Part shown: piece by piece, positions 53,335 through 64,000 of the stretch
How positions within the stretch are numbered: position 1 is the stretch's first letter
Layout: every line of letters starts with the position of its first letter
Source: Camelus dromedarius
Taxonomy: Eukaryota
Length of the DNA: 64,000 nucleotides
Direction of reading: 5' to 3'
NCBI RefSeq assembly: GCF_036321535.1
Contig: NC_087437.1
Span: 44,208,001 to 44,272,000 of the forward strand
Made by a program: the position numbers and the translations under genes
Notes under the pieces: generated by a model
Told to the model about the DNA's origin: nothing
The model's input: the letters and a program-made list of their open reading frames with translations, nothing else
The model's database searches: none

Positions 53335-53590
53335 TACGCTAACAGTCATTTCTATGTTTTTGCTACATGCTAGGCATTGTTCTAAGTAATTTACATTTTA
53401 TTATGTAATGTTCATAATGGCTATGTGGTAGATACTTTAATTATCCCCAATGATCAGGTGAAGCTACTGAGCAGAAAAGCACTAATAACTTGTCCAAGAT
53501 CAGAGAGCTAGTTAATGGTCAAGTCAGGAGCAGGGACCAGGCAGTGCAGGTTCAGTGCAAATGCCCTGGGCCACTACACTACATGTTGGC
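53335..53590 (-). mobile_element. MIR SINE
   Basis: 'ctaggcattgttctaag..ttatcccc..taacttgtccaagatcagagagctagt'. Confidence 0.7.
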
Positions 53591-54077
53591 TGTATTTCAC
53601 CCCCGTGTTTGTTTCTTTCACAGCACTGACCACAATTTATAATTATCCATTTTAATTTTCACTTTCAATTCGCTTTCTTCTCAAGATGTAACCTCCTTGT
53701 GAAGGAATCCTGTTTGTTAGGCTCCCTATTAGAGTTCAAGTGCCTGATGCACACCAGGTGCTCAACAAATATTTATTAAATGAGTGAATAAACAACAAAA
53801 TATAAGATCTGTAGTCTATATACTTGCAAAGTATAAAAGGCCATAGAAGGGAGAAAGATTAAGTCAGCCTGGGGGAATCGGGCTCTCCTAAAACACTTCT
53901 GCCTGAGAAATGTGACTTTGGAAGTTGGGTTGATACTTTCACAGCAACTATTGGTCAGATTTTTATCTGAGACAATTACAAATCTCCATGCTAATAGTAA
54001 GTTAGAAAGGGCTTTTCAAGAAGTTATATATATAAAATTTGGTGTGCATTTTATTTTAGGTTTAAGAAATCAAAATA

Positions 54078-54259
54078 GAGTCATTCTTCCTCTTCGCTGG
54101 GGACTGGTTCCAAGACCTCCATGGATACCAAATTCTGCAGATGCCCAAGTTCCTTCTTTAAAGCGGAGAAGCACAGTCGGACCTCAGTATCTGTGGGCTC
54201 TGCATTCAAGGTTGATTGAATTCAAAGATGCAGAATCTGCAACTACTGAGGGCTGACTA
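54078..54259. mobile_element. MER2-like TcMar-Tigger MITE
   Basis: 'ggggactggttccaagacc..ggataccaaattc..gatgcccaagt..gagggctgact', flanked by TA. Confidence 0.8.
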
Positions 54260-54559
54260 TAGTTAATTTTTTGTTTTGGTTTTAAAGAAATCCTTGGGCT
54301 TATTTGGAAATAATACTCCTGCTATCAAGCATCTTCATAACATTTAAAAATCATGCTTCTTAATTCGTAAGATGTTAACAGCATTTGGCTTAGAGCAGTA
54401 AACTGAGTTTGCAATACAGCTTGAAATAGCTCCTGTGGTTAAGAGGTGCCTTAAATACTTACGCCTGCTCTGAAACGCAATCCTGTGACTCCAGCTCGCC
54501 AGGCCCCCTGCTCATTATCAGCTCTTCATCCTTGTTCACTACCCCTTCCACCTGTAACG

Positions 54560-54760
54560 CCTTTCCCTGGGGCTAGGCCTGTGCGAGACCCGAGGCGCCG
54601 CGAGGCCTACCCACAATCCCCCGCGCCCCACGGCGTTCCACGAGGGCGTCCGCCGCCGCCGCCTCCTCTTCCTCCTCCTCCTCCTCCGCCGCCCTCCTGT
54701 GCCGCCGCCTCTGCCGCGGCCTCCGGTGCGCTTCGCGGGGTGAGTGGTCTTCTCATATTC
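54560..54760. promoter_or_regulatory. small CpG island / probable promoter and first exon(s)
   Basis: Only dense CpG/GC block in the window; ZNF143-like site at 54608-54625; plus-strand donor GGG|GTGAGT at 54740; minus-strand donor GGC|GTAAGT at 54462-54457. Confidence 0.75.
54649..54697. repeat. compound (GCC)n/(CCT)n trinucleotide tract
   Basis: ccgccgccgccgcctcctcttcctcctcctcctcctccgccgccctcc. Confidence 0.9.
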
Positions 54761-56590
54761 TCTGGCTGTTACGTGTAGTTCTGGTCTCTAACTAGGTCGT
54801 ACTTTCCCGAAAGCAGGGACTGTATCTTACGTATCTCTTGAGTTTTAGTAAACCCAGACCTGGACATGTATCAGATGAGCAGGAAGGCACTCGGTGAATG
54901 ATTCATTTGATTTGAACATTATCCGAAGTCATGCACGTATATGTCATTTCTCTTGGCTTTATGTGGAATGCTGTTTATCCCAGGGCTTTTCCAAGTTACT
55001 TAAGCCTGCTTCTAAACCCAAATATAGCTGGTGAAAGGTTTTTTTGTCAGCGTTTTTTGTTTTTTTCCTCACAGAACATAGTTCTTTGTGATTGGGAGTC
55101 TGAGGTAGAAGGAAAGCAGAGAGAAAAACCATTTCATCTTCCTGCTAAGTGTACAGGGCCCTTGGGGCTTTTAACAGCCACCTCTAAATCAGCAGAGGAG
55201 ATATTTTCACTAAAAGATGGGATGTAGTTTCTGAAATATTGAAAAGTTCTTTTGTCAAACTGTTACTACTGTTTGCCTTTTACATTCAACAAAACCCAAA
55301 ATATATTTGGACTTTTTTTTTATGAAGCCTTTTCTTTTTGGATGCCATGTATGATTTATGCATTCGTAAATGGGTATGGACGAGTATACTAGTTCCTTAC
55401 GGGTTTTTTGTTTGTTTTTGCTTTTAATTTTTGGCCCAGTTAATTTTATCACCATAAAATTTCTATTTCAACTTAGTCACAGTTACTGGGAAGATGATTA
55501 ATTTTATACATAGCCCATTATTTCAGATAGAAATTAGGTTTTAAAGGTAAATAGTCTATGAATACAAATTAAGCATTCTTTGGTGCCTCTCCACTCTCCT
55601 CAATCTGAGACGTGCCTTGTTAATTCCTTTTATAGGGTAAGAAATGTTAGCCTCGGGGCCAGAAAAAAGATAGCGATATGTGTGTAACCGATGGCACTGC
55701 TAGTAAACTTGGATCGGTTTACAAGTTAACAAGTATCAGATTGAGAATTTTGAAGTAGTCTGTTTCAGGCCAGAAAATTTGGAGAAGCGACGTACTGAAA
55801 ATTGATTTACCTACTAGGCTTGAGGAGAACGTGTGACGCAGATTAACCCAATTGTAGAAAAACCTGCAGCGGAACAGCTACACAAGCTGCCTTCAGCTGC
55901 ATGGAGTTAAGGAGATCAGGGGACTACCCTGATCCATTCCTGGGTGGGGCCGAGAACTAGTACCCAGCTGATCACCATAAAGAAGTTTCCTGGGGCTACA
56001 GACTTTAGGTCTGGGATAAGAGTTGGGAAACTTCTGGAAATACTTGCCTGAGAGATTCAGGTCATCAGCTAAGCTTGAGAATGACTGATTTCTCAGGCTT
56101 CAGGAGGCCTGGCCCCAGCCTAATTTTTGAAACAGGAATTCAAGCGGAAGTTTCTTAGACTGACTAAAAATCAGGTAGGCTAACAGTCTGTCACTGGCCC
56201 AGTCAAAGCTGGATCCTTGTGGTGTTGGGAGCTTTGTGTTCTATTTAGAGAGGTTTGGGTTAATGCTGTAAGGAGAGGAAGCCCCCTCCCCCAACCTCCT
56301 AGGGTTTCTTCTAGTTCCATGCTGATGAAGCCATTGTTACTTACGTGGTCGCTGGAAAAATTATATTCCTGTTGAGGAAACAGTACTCTCAGCTCAGTAA
56401 TAACTGGTGTCCAAGGAAAAGTTTTTTGTTTGTTTTAAAAAATAAATGCTTTGTTTATTTTTATCCTTAAATATATGTATTTTTTGAAAAAGGTTTAAGC
56501 CCAAATGGAACATTTTTATGATATTGCTCCAGTGTAAAGAATCAACTTGGTGATGATCAAATGCTTGTGCTAAACTTTGTCTTTCTAGAG

Positions 56591-56765
56591 CAGTAGTTTC
56601 AACCTTTAGCTACCTCAGTCACCTGGAGGGCTGATTAAAATACTTATTGGGCTTCGGTCTCAGAGTTTGACTCAGAAGGGGGTGGCTGTAGAATTTTCAT
56701 TTCTGGTGATACTCATGTTACTCAGGTGAGCTCAGGTCAGGCTGATGTTACTTTGAAAGCCACTC
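56591..56765. mobile_element. MER5A-like hAT MITE
   Basis: cagtagtttcaacc...actttgaaagccact; 8-bp near-TSD ttctagag/tcctagag. Confidence 0.7.
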
Positions 56766-59104
56766 TCCTAGAGGGTAGAGTGAGAACAGAGGCAGTAATA
56801 ATTGTCATTAGTGTTTATCAAACTTAGTAAATTTAGTAGTTAATTTTTGTGAGAGTATTGCCCAAAGGATGAAAACTCCACATACAATTATTAGGTATAT
56901 TAAAATGCTAATTTGGTAATACGCCGTTATAAAAGACGACCATGTTTTCTAATCCTAATAAAGTAAAAACAGGGACCGAGTAATACAGTCATTAAGCAGT
57001 AAGAGTATATGCTGATTTGACATATTAGGTACTGTTAACCCATTCTGGCCTTTCTAAAGAAAGACATTTCACTGTGATTTCTTTGGAAGAAGTTAGTGAT
57101 ACCTGTAGACCATATTTTGGTTATCCATACTAGAATCTATATGCATGTATTTAAAAGGTTTTTCTTTTTACTAGAAGAAAAATAGATTCTATAACAAATT
57201 TAGGAATTTGTGGTTTTCCTAAAACACTATTTTTTACCATCAAAATTAGAGTTAAAAAGCTAAATGGTGAAAAGTTGTGTGTTTTGAATGATTGCATTCA
57301 CAGGTATCATTTGAGATTGTCCAAAAGTAGCTTTGGTATTGCACAAAAAATTAGAGTACTTTTAAAATTCTATTTTTTTCTTAATCTGGGATAAATAATT
57401 TTTACTGGCTATAAAGACAATATTATAATTCTTGAATATTTCATTATAGTCAAACTTAATAAATATCGTATCTTTACATTGTCATGACACTTAATACTTC
57501 TGACCTCTTAGCAGTTTGTGATAGACTCATTCAGCTATTCTTTTAAATATAAATTCTAAATATGTACTTTTTTTACATATAAAAAATAATATGTAAATCA
57601 AACAAAGGATAAAGGGCTGTTTACTAGCACAGACATGAAAAGGTTAACAACTCTTATTTGCCTCTGGACTGATGTTTAGTAACATGGGTTTATATTACTT
57701 TGGTTCTTCAATGGTAAGTGAATGGGTGAACTATCACTGGGTAGTCTCAAAATACTTTTTCATTTATTTTATTCATTAATGCCAGAAATTCAACAGCAAT
57801 ATCTATTAGGTAATCTTCTAAATGCAAAATCTAGATCTTTTAAACAACATAAATAATACTTTTTTTATTGTTATCTTTATGCCAGGTTTACTTATTGATT
57901 TCATATCCAAATAATTACAAAATACTGTGGAACAGAAAGAAGCAAAACAAAATGGCAATAAAATGTTGCTTAAGAAATTGATTTATTTGCTGAAATGTTT
58001 CTTGGCTGCCTTTAAGCTTAATAACTCAGGGTGATCACATTTAATGGTTGGAGTTTAAACCCTGCAAAGGTAGACGGCAGTGATTAGAGTCTGTACATTT
58101 GCAGTTGAGGGATGGATCTTGATTAACTCCATGCAAAATTTTATTTTAACCTTATGTAACATGTGGTTTTAACCTGACCAGCAATGTTGCTTTTAATTCT
58201 TAGTCCCTACAGAAAAACTAAGGGAGTGATGGAAGGATACCTTTGGCTATCTGTAGCCCAAATAAGTGAAATGTTAGACAACAGCCATATGGTCTAAAAC
58301 TATTTAGCTTTGTTTTTATTTACTCAAAGCCAACTCTGCCACATCTTCCAGAGGGATAAGTGCACACTGGGGAATATTTTGCTGAGAGATCATTGCTATC
58401 TAAGAGCCTTAGAGCACTTGACCTTCATTTGGCATCTACAGTCTATTCCTATAACTTTCTTGGTATCACCATCTTGCTTTTGTGTTATTGCTTCAAAACT
58501 TTTTTTGGGGGGGGCAGCAAAATTCTCTTAATAAAGCTTTAAATGGTTCCATTTTCTGTCTGAACTTAAGAAATGCTTATCTCAAAGGATGAAAATGGAG
58601 AAACCCAATGGCTTTGTCTGTGAAGTGATTTCACCAGCTTTCATTAAATAGTTCTTGGCCAGCTGAGGAAAAGTGAATCCAGTGGTGCCAGTGAGATCTT
58701 GCTGCCCAGTGGATTTTAGAGGAATGATTTGGTGCTTCCCTTAGCAGCCTTTACTCTAGCTGTCTATCCTAGTCTTAGTGGGACCTTGTCTAGTCTGATA
58801 CTCAAACCACCAAACTGAACTATAGGCCAGGATGGACCAAGGCTTCAGTCACCACTTGAGCTAAAAACCTGAACACCACCGAGATTCTCCAACTCTCTTT
58901 TCTGTTCATCTGAACGGTGGCTTTATTTTCTCTTTGTACATATTAGATATGTATATAGTCAGTGGAAAACAGACTTGCTGAGAGTGACTGAGTTTTTATA
59001 TGGGCAGGAGTCCACTGATAAATAATTGAGCCAGCAAGACAATTCCAGGAGTAGCAGAGGTTTTCCTAAATTCCGTTCTCTCACCCATGCAGATTTCCAC
59101 CCCT

Positions 59105-59500
59105 TATTTTGTTTTGTTAATTGAAGTATAGTCAGTTTACAATGTTGTGTCAATTTCTGGTGTACAGTATGTTTCAGTTATACATATACATACATGTATT
59201 CCTTTCCATATTCTTTTTCATTATAGTTACTATAAGGTATTGAATATAGTTCCCTATGCTATACAGATGAAACTTTTATATCTGTTTTGTATATAGTAGT
59301 TAGTATCTGCAAATCTCCCTCCCAGTTTATCCCTTCCCACCCCTTTCCCCTGGGAACCATAAGTTTGTTTCCTATATTTGTGAGTCTCTGTTTGACTCAC
59401 AAATTAAGTTAATTTGTGCCTCTTTTTTTTTTTTTTAAGATTCCACATATGAGTGATATATGGTATTTTTCTTTCTCTTTCTGACTTACTTCAGAATGAC
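59105..59500 (-). mobile_element. L1 3' end (camelid-type)
   Basis: 'ttgaagtatagtcagtttacaatgttgtgtcaatttctggtgtacag...gattccacatatgagtgata'; homologous to 32149-32509. Confidence 0.88.
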
Positions 59501-59699
59501 AAACTACCCTAAGATTAAGACTTTCCCACAGACTTGAGGTGTAGCACAGTTGAGGCCTTAATCCCAGGATGCTGAGGGTTCTTGTATTATATTGTCTCTG
59601 GGTGGCACAGTCTTATCATTGGATAAAAAACTGACATATAAATTCAGTTCTCACCTCTGATGTTTACCAGAGTGCTATTAAACAGTTATTTACATTTTA

Positions 59700-60200
59700 C
59701 AATGGCTCACAAGGCTCTGCATGATCACAAACTCACAGATGCATGGGTGTGCAGTGGTGAGAGTCCATACCCTTTCTGACCTCATCTGGGAGTCTTTCAC
59801 TTCTTGCTGACCTCGCACAGAACAGGTGTGCTCTCACTTCCTAGGCTTTGTCCACGCTGTCCTTTCTCTCGAGATGCTTTCTCCTAGATACCTGTGTGCT
59901 CTGTTCTCTCATATCCTTGATGCCTTCCCTGGCAACTATATTAAAAATTGTACACCCTCTCACATTACACACGCTCCCTATTCACTGTTCCTATTTCTCA
60001 TTTCTTTAGTACTTACCATCAATGTAAACTCTATTTTCCTGCTCCATTTTGTCTACTAGAAATTAGTCCTTTGGAGTTGAGAAAATTTGGGCTGTTTTGT
60101 TTTATGATATATTCCTAGTACTTAGAATGGAAGGTTCTCATGAAAAAGGTTGAACAAACAAATGACATCAAACATTTGGGAATGAATGAATGACACATCT
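59700..60200 (+). mobile_element. LINE-2 3' region (degraded)
   Basis: 'acaaggctctgcatgat..ctgacctcatc..ctaggctttg..tagtacttagaa..aatgaatgaatga'. Confidence 0.55.
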
Positions 60201-62111
60201 ATTTGGAAAGGATATTGATGGTATAAATTAAGTGTGTGTAAATTAGAAAAGAGCAGATTTCTATTGCAGTTTATTGCAAACAGTTGAAAGTTATTTGCTT
60301 TTTTCCAGGATTAGAAAATATTTCTGTACTACTAGAGTAGCTCACCAGAATAAAAGTAGCCAAAACTCTTATTTTTCAGTTTTAGGGTGCAAATACCGAC
60401 TCAAAACATTTGTATTCTTATGGCACTGATATCTTACCCAATGAAATTTAAAATCCACAATATTCACAGTAAGGAAACATAAAACTCATTTTGCACATAC
60501 ACTCTGCCTCGCCCCCTCCCTCCCCTCCTCTTTTCTAGCTGTTTAACTTTCATTAGGACCTGGATCTCTTAAGTTCTATGGAGATTAGGAACGCTACCTT
60601 CAGATTTCAAAAGGACTGCTTTTTGTTGTTACTCATACAATATTAGTCATATACCTTGGATTTATTTCAATAAAAAGCATGCGAAATAAGTGAACACTAT
60701 GTGTAATTACAAAATAAATCAATTGCATATCATCTCATAGAAGCACTGACTTATAAAGGTCATAATTTGGCATAAAGAAAGCTAAATTTTAAAATCCTAT
60801 TTTATTTTTAGCCTAGGCTTAAAAACACAGCATTTGGTGAACTTAACACTTCGGTATCGTGTTGAGCTTCACTGTTTACTATGTGAAATGAAACCATGAC
60901 AACAACATTTGAAGGAATTTTTCCAGATTTTTCTGTTAATCAACGTATGTGTATGCATGCATTTAAAAAACGCTCTTAAAAGAACATAAGAAGCATATTC
61001 CAAATAAAAACAACTTGCACGCGAGGAGAAAGCCTCTCCTGCTGTTAGAGCAGTGCGGTAAGCCGTTGCTGCTTGAGTGGTCTTTCTCATGTTAGACTAC
61101 AATACAGATTTTTGTCATCATCTTTGTCTGAGACCTGATAAAGCACAAAGAGTCTTGGTTTTAGGAAGCACTTACAGTGATACTTACTCATCACAGCTTA
61201 GGCACTAAGGAATGCCTGCCTTTTCCTGCCTTACTGAAATCATATTAAGTGGCATGTGTATCAGAAAACAGAAGCATGATAAAATAAGTCACTTAGTTAG
61301 ATGGTGGCAGTTAAGTCAATTTAGATCTAAATTTCCAAATTTCTTTTGTTGACGTGTGAAACTCTAATTTTGCTGATAGAATAGTAGACTTCTTTTGAAG
61401 AAAAGCTTATTTCTGTTTTATAATAAGGTATTAATTTCATCAATTATTTCATGGGAAAATTTATAAAAATGTTTTTTTAATGGTTAAAAGCTTTAAAAAA
61501 AAAGTTATCCCAATACCATATATCAAATGATAACTTTTAAAAGATTTATCATGAATTATGTATTTAAGTTTAGTTTTTAATTTTGTTGGTAATTTGGGGT
61601 TTTTTTTTGTTGATAGTCTTTTATTTTATTTTTTTTTTTGGTGGAGGGAGGGGTAACTTTAACTTCTTTCTTACCAAGAACTCATCTACATTTTGGGAGG
61701 GAAAAGCTGATATTCTAAATAGTATAATGTTCACTTGAAACTCCTTTACTATTTCTTACTTAAGCAAAAGCAAGTGATTATAACAAGTACATTTTAATAA
61801 ATAGGACCAAATTACACTATTTTTCATTCATTCTTTAATTCACTAAAGTTAAGTGCTTATTAAATGCAGGTTCAATTTAGAAATATTTGTGTGGCATTTC
61901 AGGAATTTTTAGGAAAAAAATTAACTTGTTTATACATTTAATTTTTTCCCGAAATCTTATCAAGAGGACAGGACTTGAGAAAAGTATAGTATCAGTTAGG
62001 GAAATCCAACTTTAGCTATGTATCACATGCATTTGGAAATTAAAAAACTGAAGAATACAAAGTATTAGGAGTTCATAAAATAATGTGTGTATATATATAT
62101 ACATGCACACT

Positions 62112-62570
62112 TATTGTGGGTTGTGTCCCCTGTCAAAAAATATATTGAAATCCTAACCTGTGCATGTGACCTTACTTGGAAATAAGATCTATGTGATGTG
62201 GTCAAGTTAAAATGAGGTCGTGCTAGATTAGAGCCAAAGTCCAATGACTGGTGTCCTTATAAGAAGCCATGTAAAGATACAGAATGTGATGATGTCACAT
62301 CACGTGTGACATGTGAGAGAATGCCATGTGATAATGGAAACAGACATTGGAGTAGTGGTTCTTCAGGCCAAGAAAAGTCAGGGATTTCTGTCCCTCAGCA
62401 GAAGCCAGGAGAGCGGCATAGAACAAATTGTCACTCAGATCCCTCAGAAGGAACTAGCCCTGCCAACACCTTGATTTTGGACTTCTTGCCTCCAGAAGTG
62501 TGAGAGAATAAATTATGTTGTTGACCCAGTTTGTGGTAATTTGTAATGGCAGCCTTAAGAAGTTAGTGCA
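62112..62570 (+). mobile_element. MaLR LTR (MLT1B/C-like)
   Basis: 'atgtgaccttacttggaaataag..aatgactggtgtccttataaga..ccctgccaacaccttgattttggacttc..cctccagaa'. Confidence 0.88.
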
Positions 62571-62759
62571 GTGACTCTAATTTGTAAACAAAACACCTTT
62601 ATGATCAGCTAAAGACCTCATTAAATTGATACTGAAAATCACAAAAGATATAAACATATGCCTCTCATTTCAGAAAATTTACCTGTAAATAAGTTTATAA
62701 ACTTAAGAGCTCCCACCCGTCTCCTCCAACCCACCCCCACCTCTCACCCCCACCCAATG

Positions 62760-63218
62760 AAACATGACTAGGTACTGCTTGCTGCATAGAACTGGAAACC
62801 AAAATAACAGTAAATTCAACAGAATAGAAATTTCACTATTAAAGAAGTCCAGAGGTCGGCAGGAAGGCAAGGTTAGTGTGATGCTCCATCTGTCTTGCCC
62901 CATGGTCTGTCTCCCATGGCTTCCACTCAAGGTCAAGATCCTTACTTGGACTCCAGTCAGTACATGTACAATTGTCAGTTGGAAGAAAGGAGATGAAGGT
63001 CACATCCCCTCCCTTTAAGGATACTTCTCAGAAGCCATCCATTACACTTCTCTTCCTATTCCATAAGCCAGGTGATAGTCACATGGTCGTAGTTTGCGGC
63101 AAGGTAGGCTGGTAGCATTTTTTTCTCAGGAGTAACCTGCCTAACTTAAAACGAGGGGTTTTAATACTAACAAGGAAGAGGAAAATGCATAGGGGGACAA
63201 CCAACAGTTTCTACCATA
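62760..63218 (-). mobile_element. old MaLR LTR (MLT1J-like)
   Basis: 'aagaagtccagagg..tagtcacatgg..gcaaggtaggctgg..aaggaagaggaaaatg'. Confidence 0.6.
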
Positions 63219-63329
63219 CCCACTATACAAAAATGAAACAGATCTTTTGTAGCACAAACTTCAATGAAAAGAATTGGTTTTCACGTTATGAGGTAGCAGT
63301 TGAAATCAAAGTAAGCCACAAAGTGAAAC

Positions 63330-63990
63330 GGACTGCCCACAACCAGAACTCTCAATTCTAAAAGTATCTCCAGGATCTTTGTACTTCTCTGTCTCTCCTG
63401 ATGACATTTCCCCCGTAGAATTCTGTAATAGCGTCCTCCTGAATAGTTGCCCTGCCTCTCTACTCTTGCACCTTGCGAGGTATCTTCTCCCTTTGTTGAT
63501 TTTCAGTATAAGTATGTCTGAGATGTTAAGCATGTCTTACAAAGTCCTGTGTGAGCTTCTTACCTTCCATCTTTCTGCTCCACCCTCTTCATTGTGTTCC
63601 CTATGCTTCAGTCATCCTAGACTCTCCTGTTCTTCATTGTTCACTAGTCTCTTTAAGTTTTCATCCCTGTAGCCCTTTTCCCACTTCCTGATTATTCACA
63701 TCTGTCATCTCTACCCAGACAACTCCTCCTCACTCCTTAAACCTCAGCTTAAAATTTGCGTTCTTAGAGAGTCCTTCCTGAGCTCATTTTTATCAGCTCA
63801 GTAAGCTCCCTGAGCATACTCCCTTGCTCTGTTTTTACAACTACCAATCTCATTTAGAACTTTAGTTTCCTACCTGTCTTCTCCACTAGAGAAGGACATC
63901 TTTTGTTCACTCCTTTATCTCCAGTGCCTAATGTAGGCCTGGGATATATTTTAGTAAGAGCTCACTAATCATTTACTACTTGAAAATATT
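63330..63990 (+). mobile_element. LINE-2 3' region
   Basis: 'ctgtaatagcgtcct..aaacctcagcttaaa..gtcttctccactaga..ttatctccagtgccta'. Confidence 0.7.
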
Positions 63991-64000
63991 CTTCAATTTT

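Noticed and set aside
54485..54778. 97-aa Pro/Ala-rich ORF across the CpG island
   Set aside because: Non-ATG (GTG) start; the low-complexity translation simply reflects the GCC/CCT repeat and GC content, and no domain is recognisable
1..64000. Prokaryotic-type systems (CRISPR, operons, defence islands), rRNA, snoRNA or miRNA
   Set aside because: The sequence is mammalian non-coding DNA; no spaced repeat array, dense ORFs or recognisable structured RNA gene was seen

Overview
This is mammalian, AT-rich, repeat-dense non-coding DNA, most likely from a camelid (camel/alpaca). That call rests on tRNA-derived Vic-1-type SINEs and camelid-type L1 3' ends, with no ruminant BovB/Bov-A or pig PRE-1 elements seen. 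I could not support any protein-coding exon; the six-frame ORFs are chance ORFs or lie inside repeats. The window holds many ancient repeats (MIR, L2, MLT1, MER5/58/94/103/2/21/74), younger solo ERV1 LTRs with target-site duplications (TSDs), SINEs and 5'-truncated L1s. The one clear functional landmark is a small CpG island at about 54.56-54.76 kb. It has a ZNF143/Staf-like site, a GCC/CCT repeat tract and divergent splice donors, suggesting a bidirectional promoter of unidentified gene(s). Other points of interest are a YAG|GTAAGT recursive-splice/microexon-like site at 48.12 kb, a nested LTR cluster at 33-39 kb, a minus-strand bias of ERV LTRs and several repeat-free, motif-rich enhancer candidates. 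I found no convincing novel biological system. Repeat family names come from recalled consensus sequences and need RepeatMasker/Dfam confirmation.
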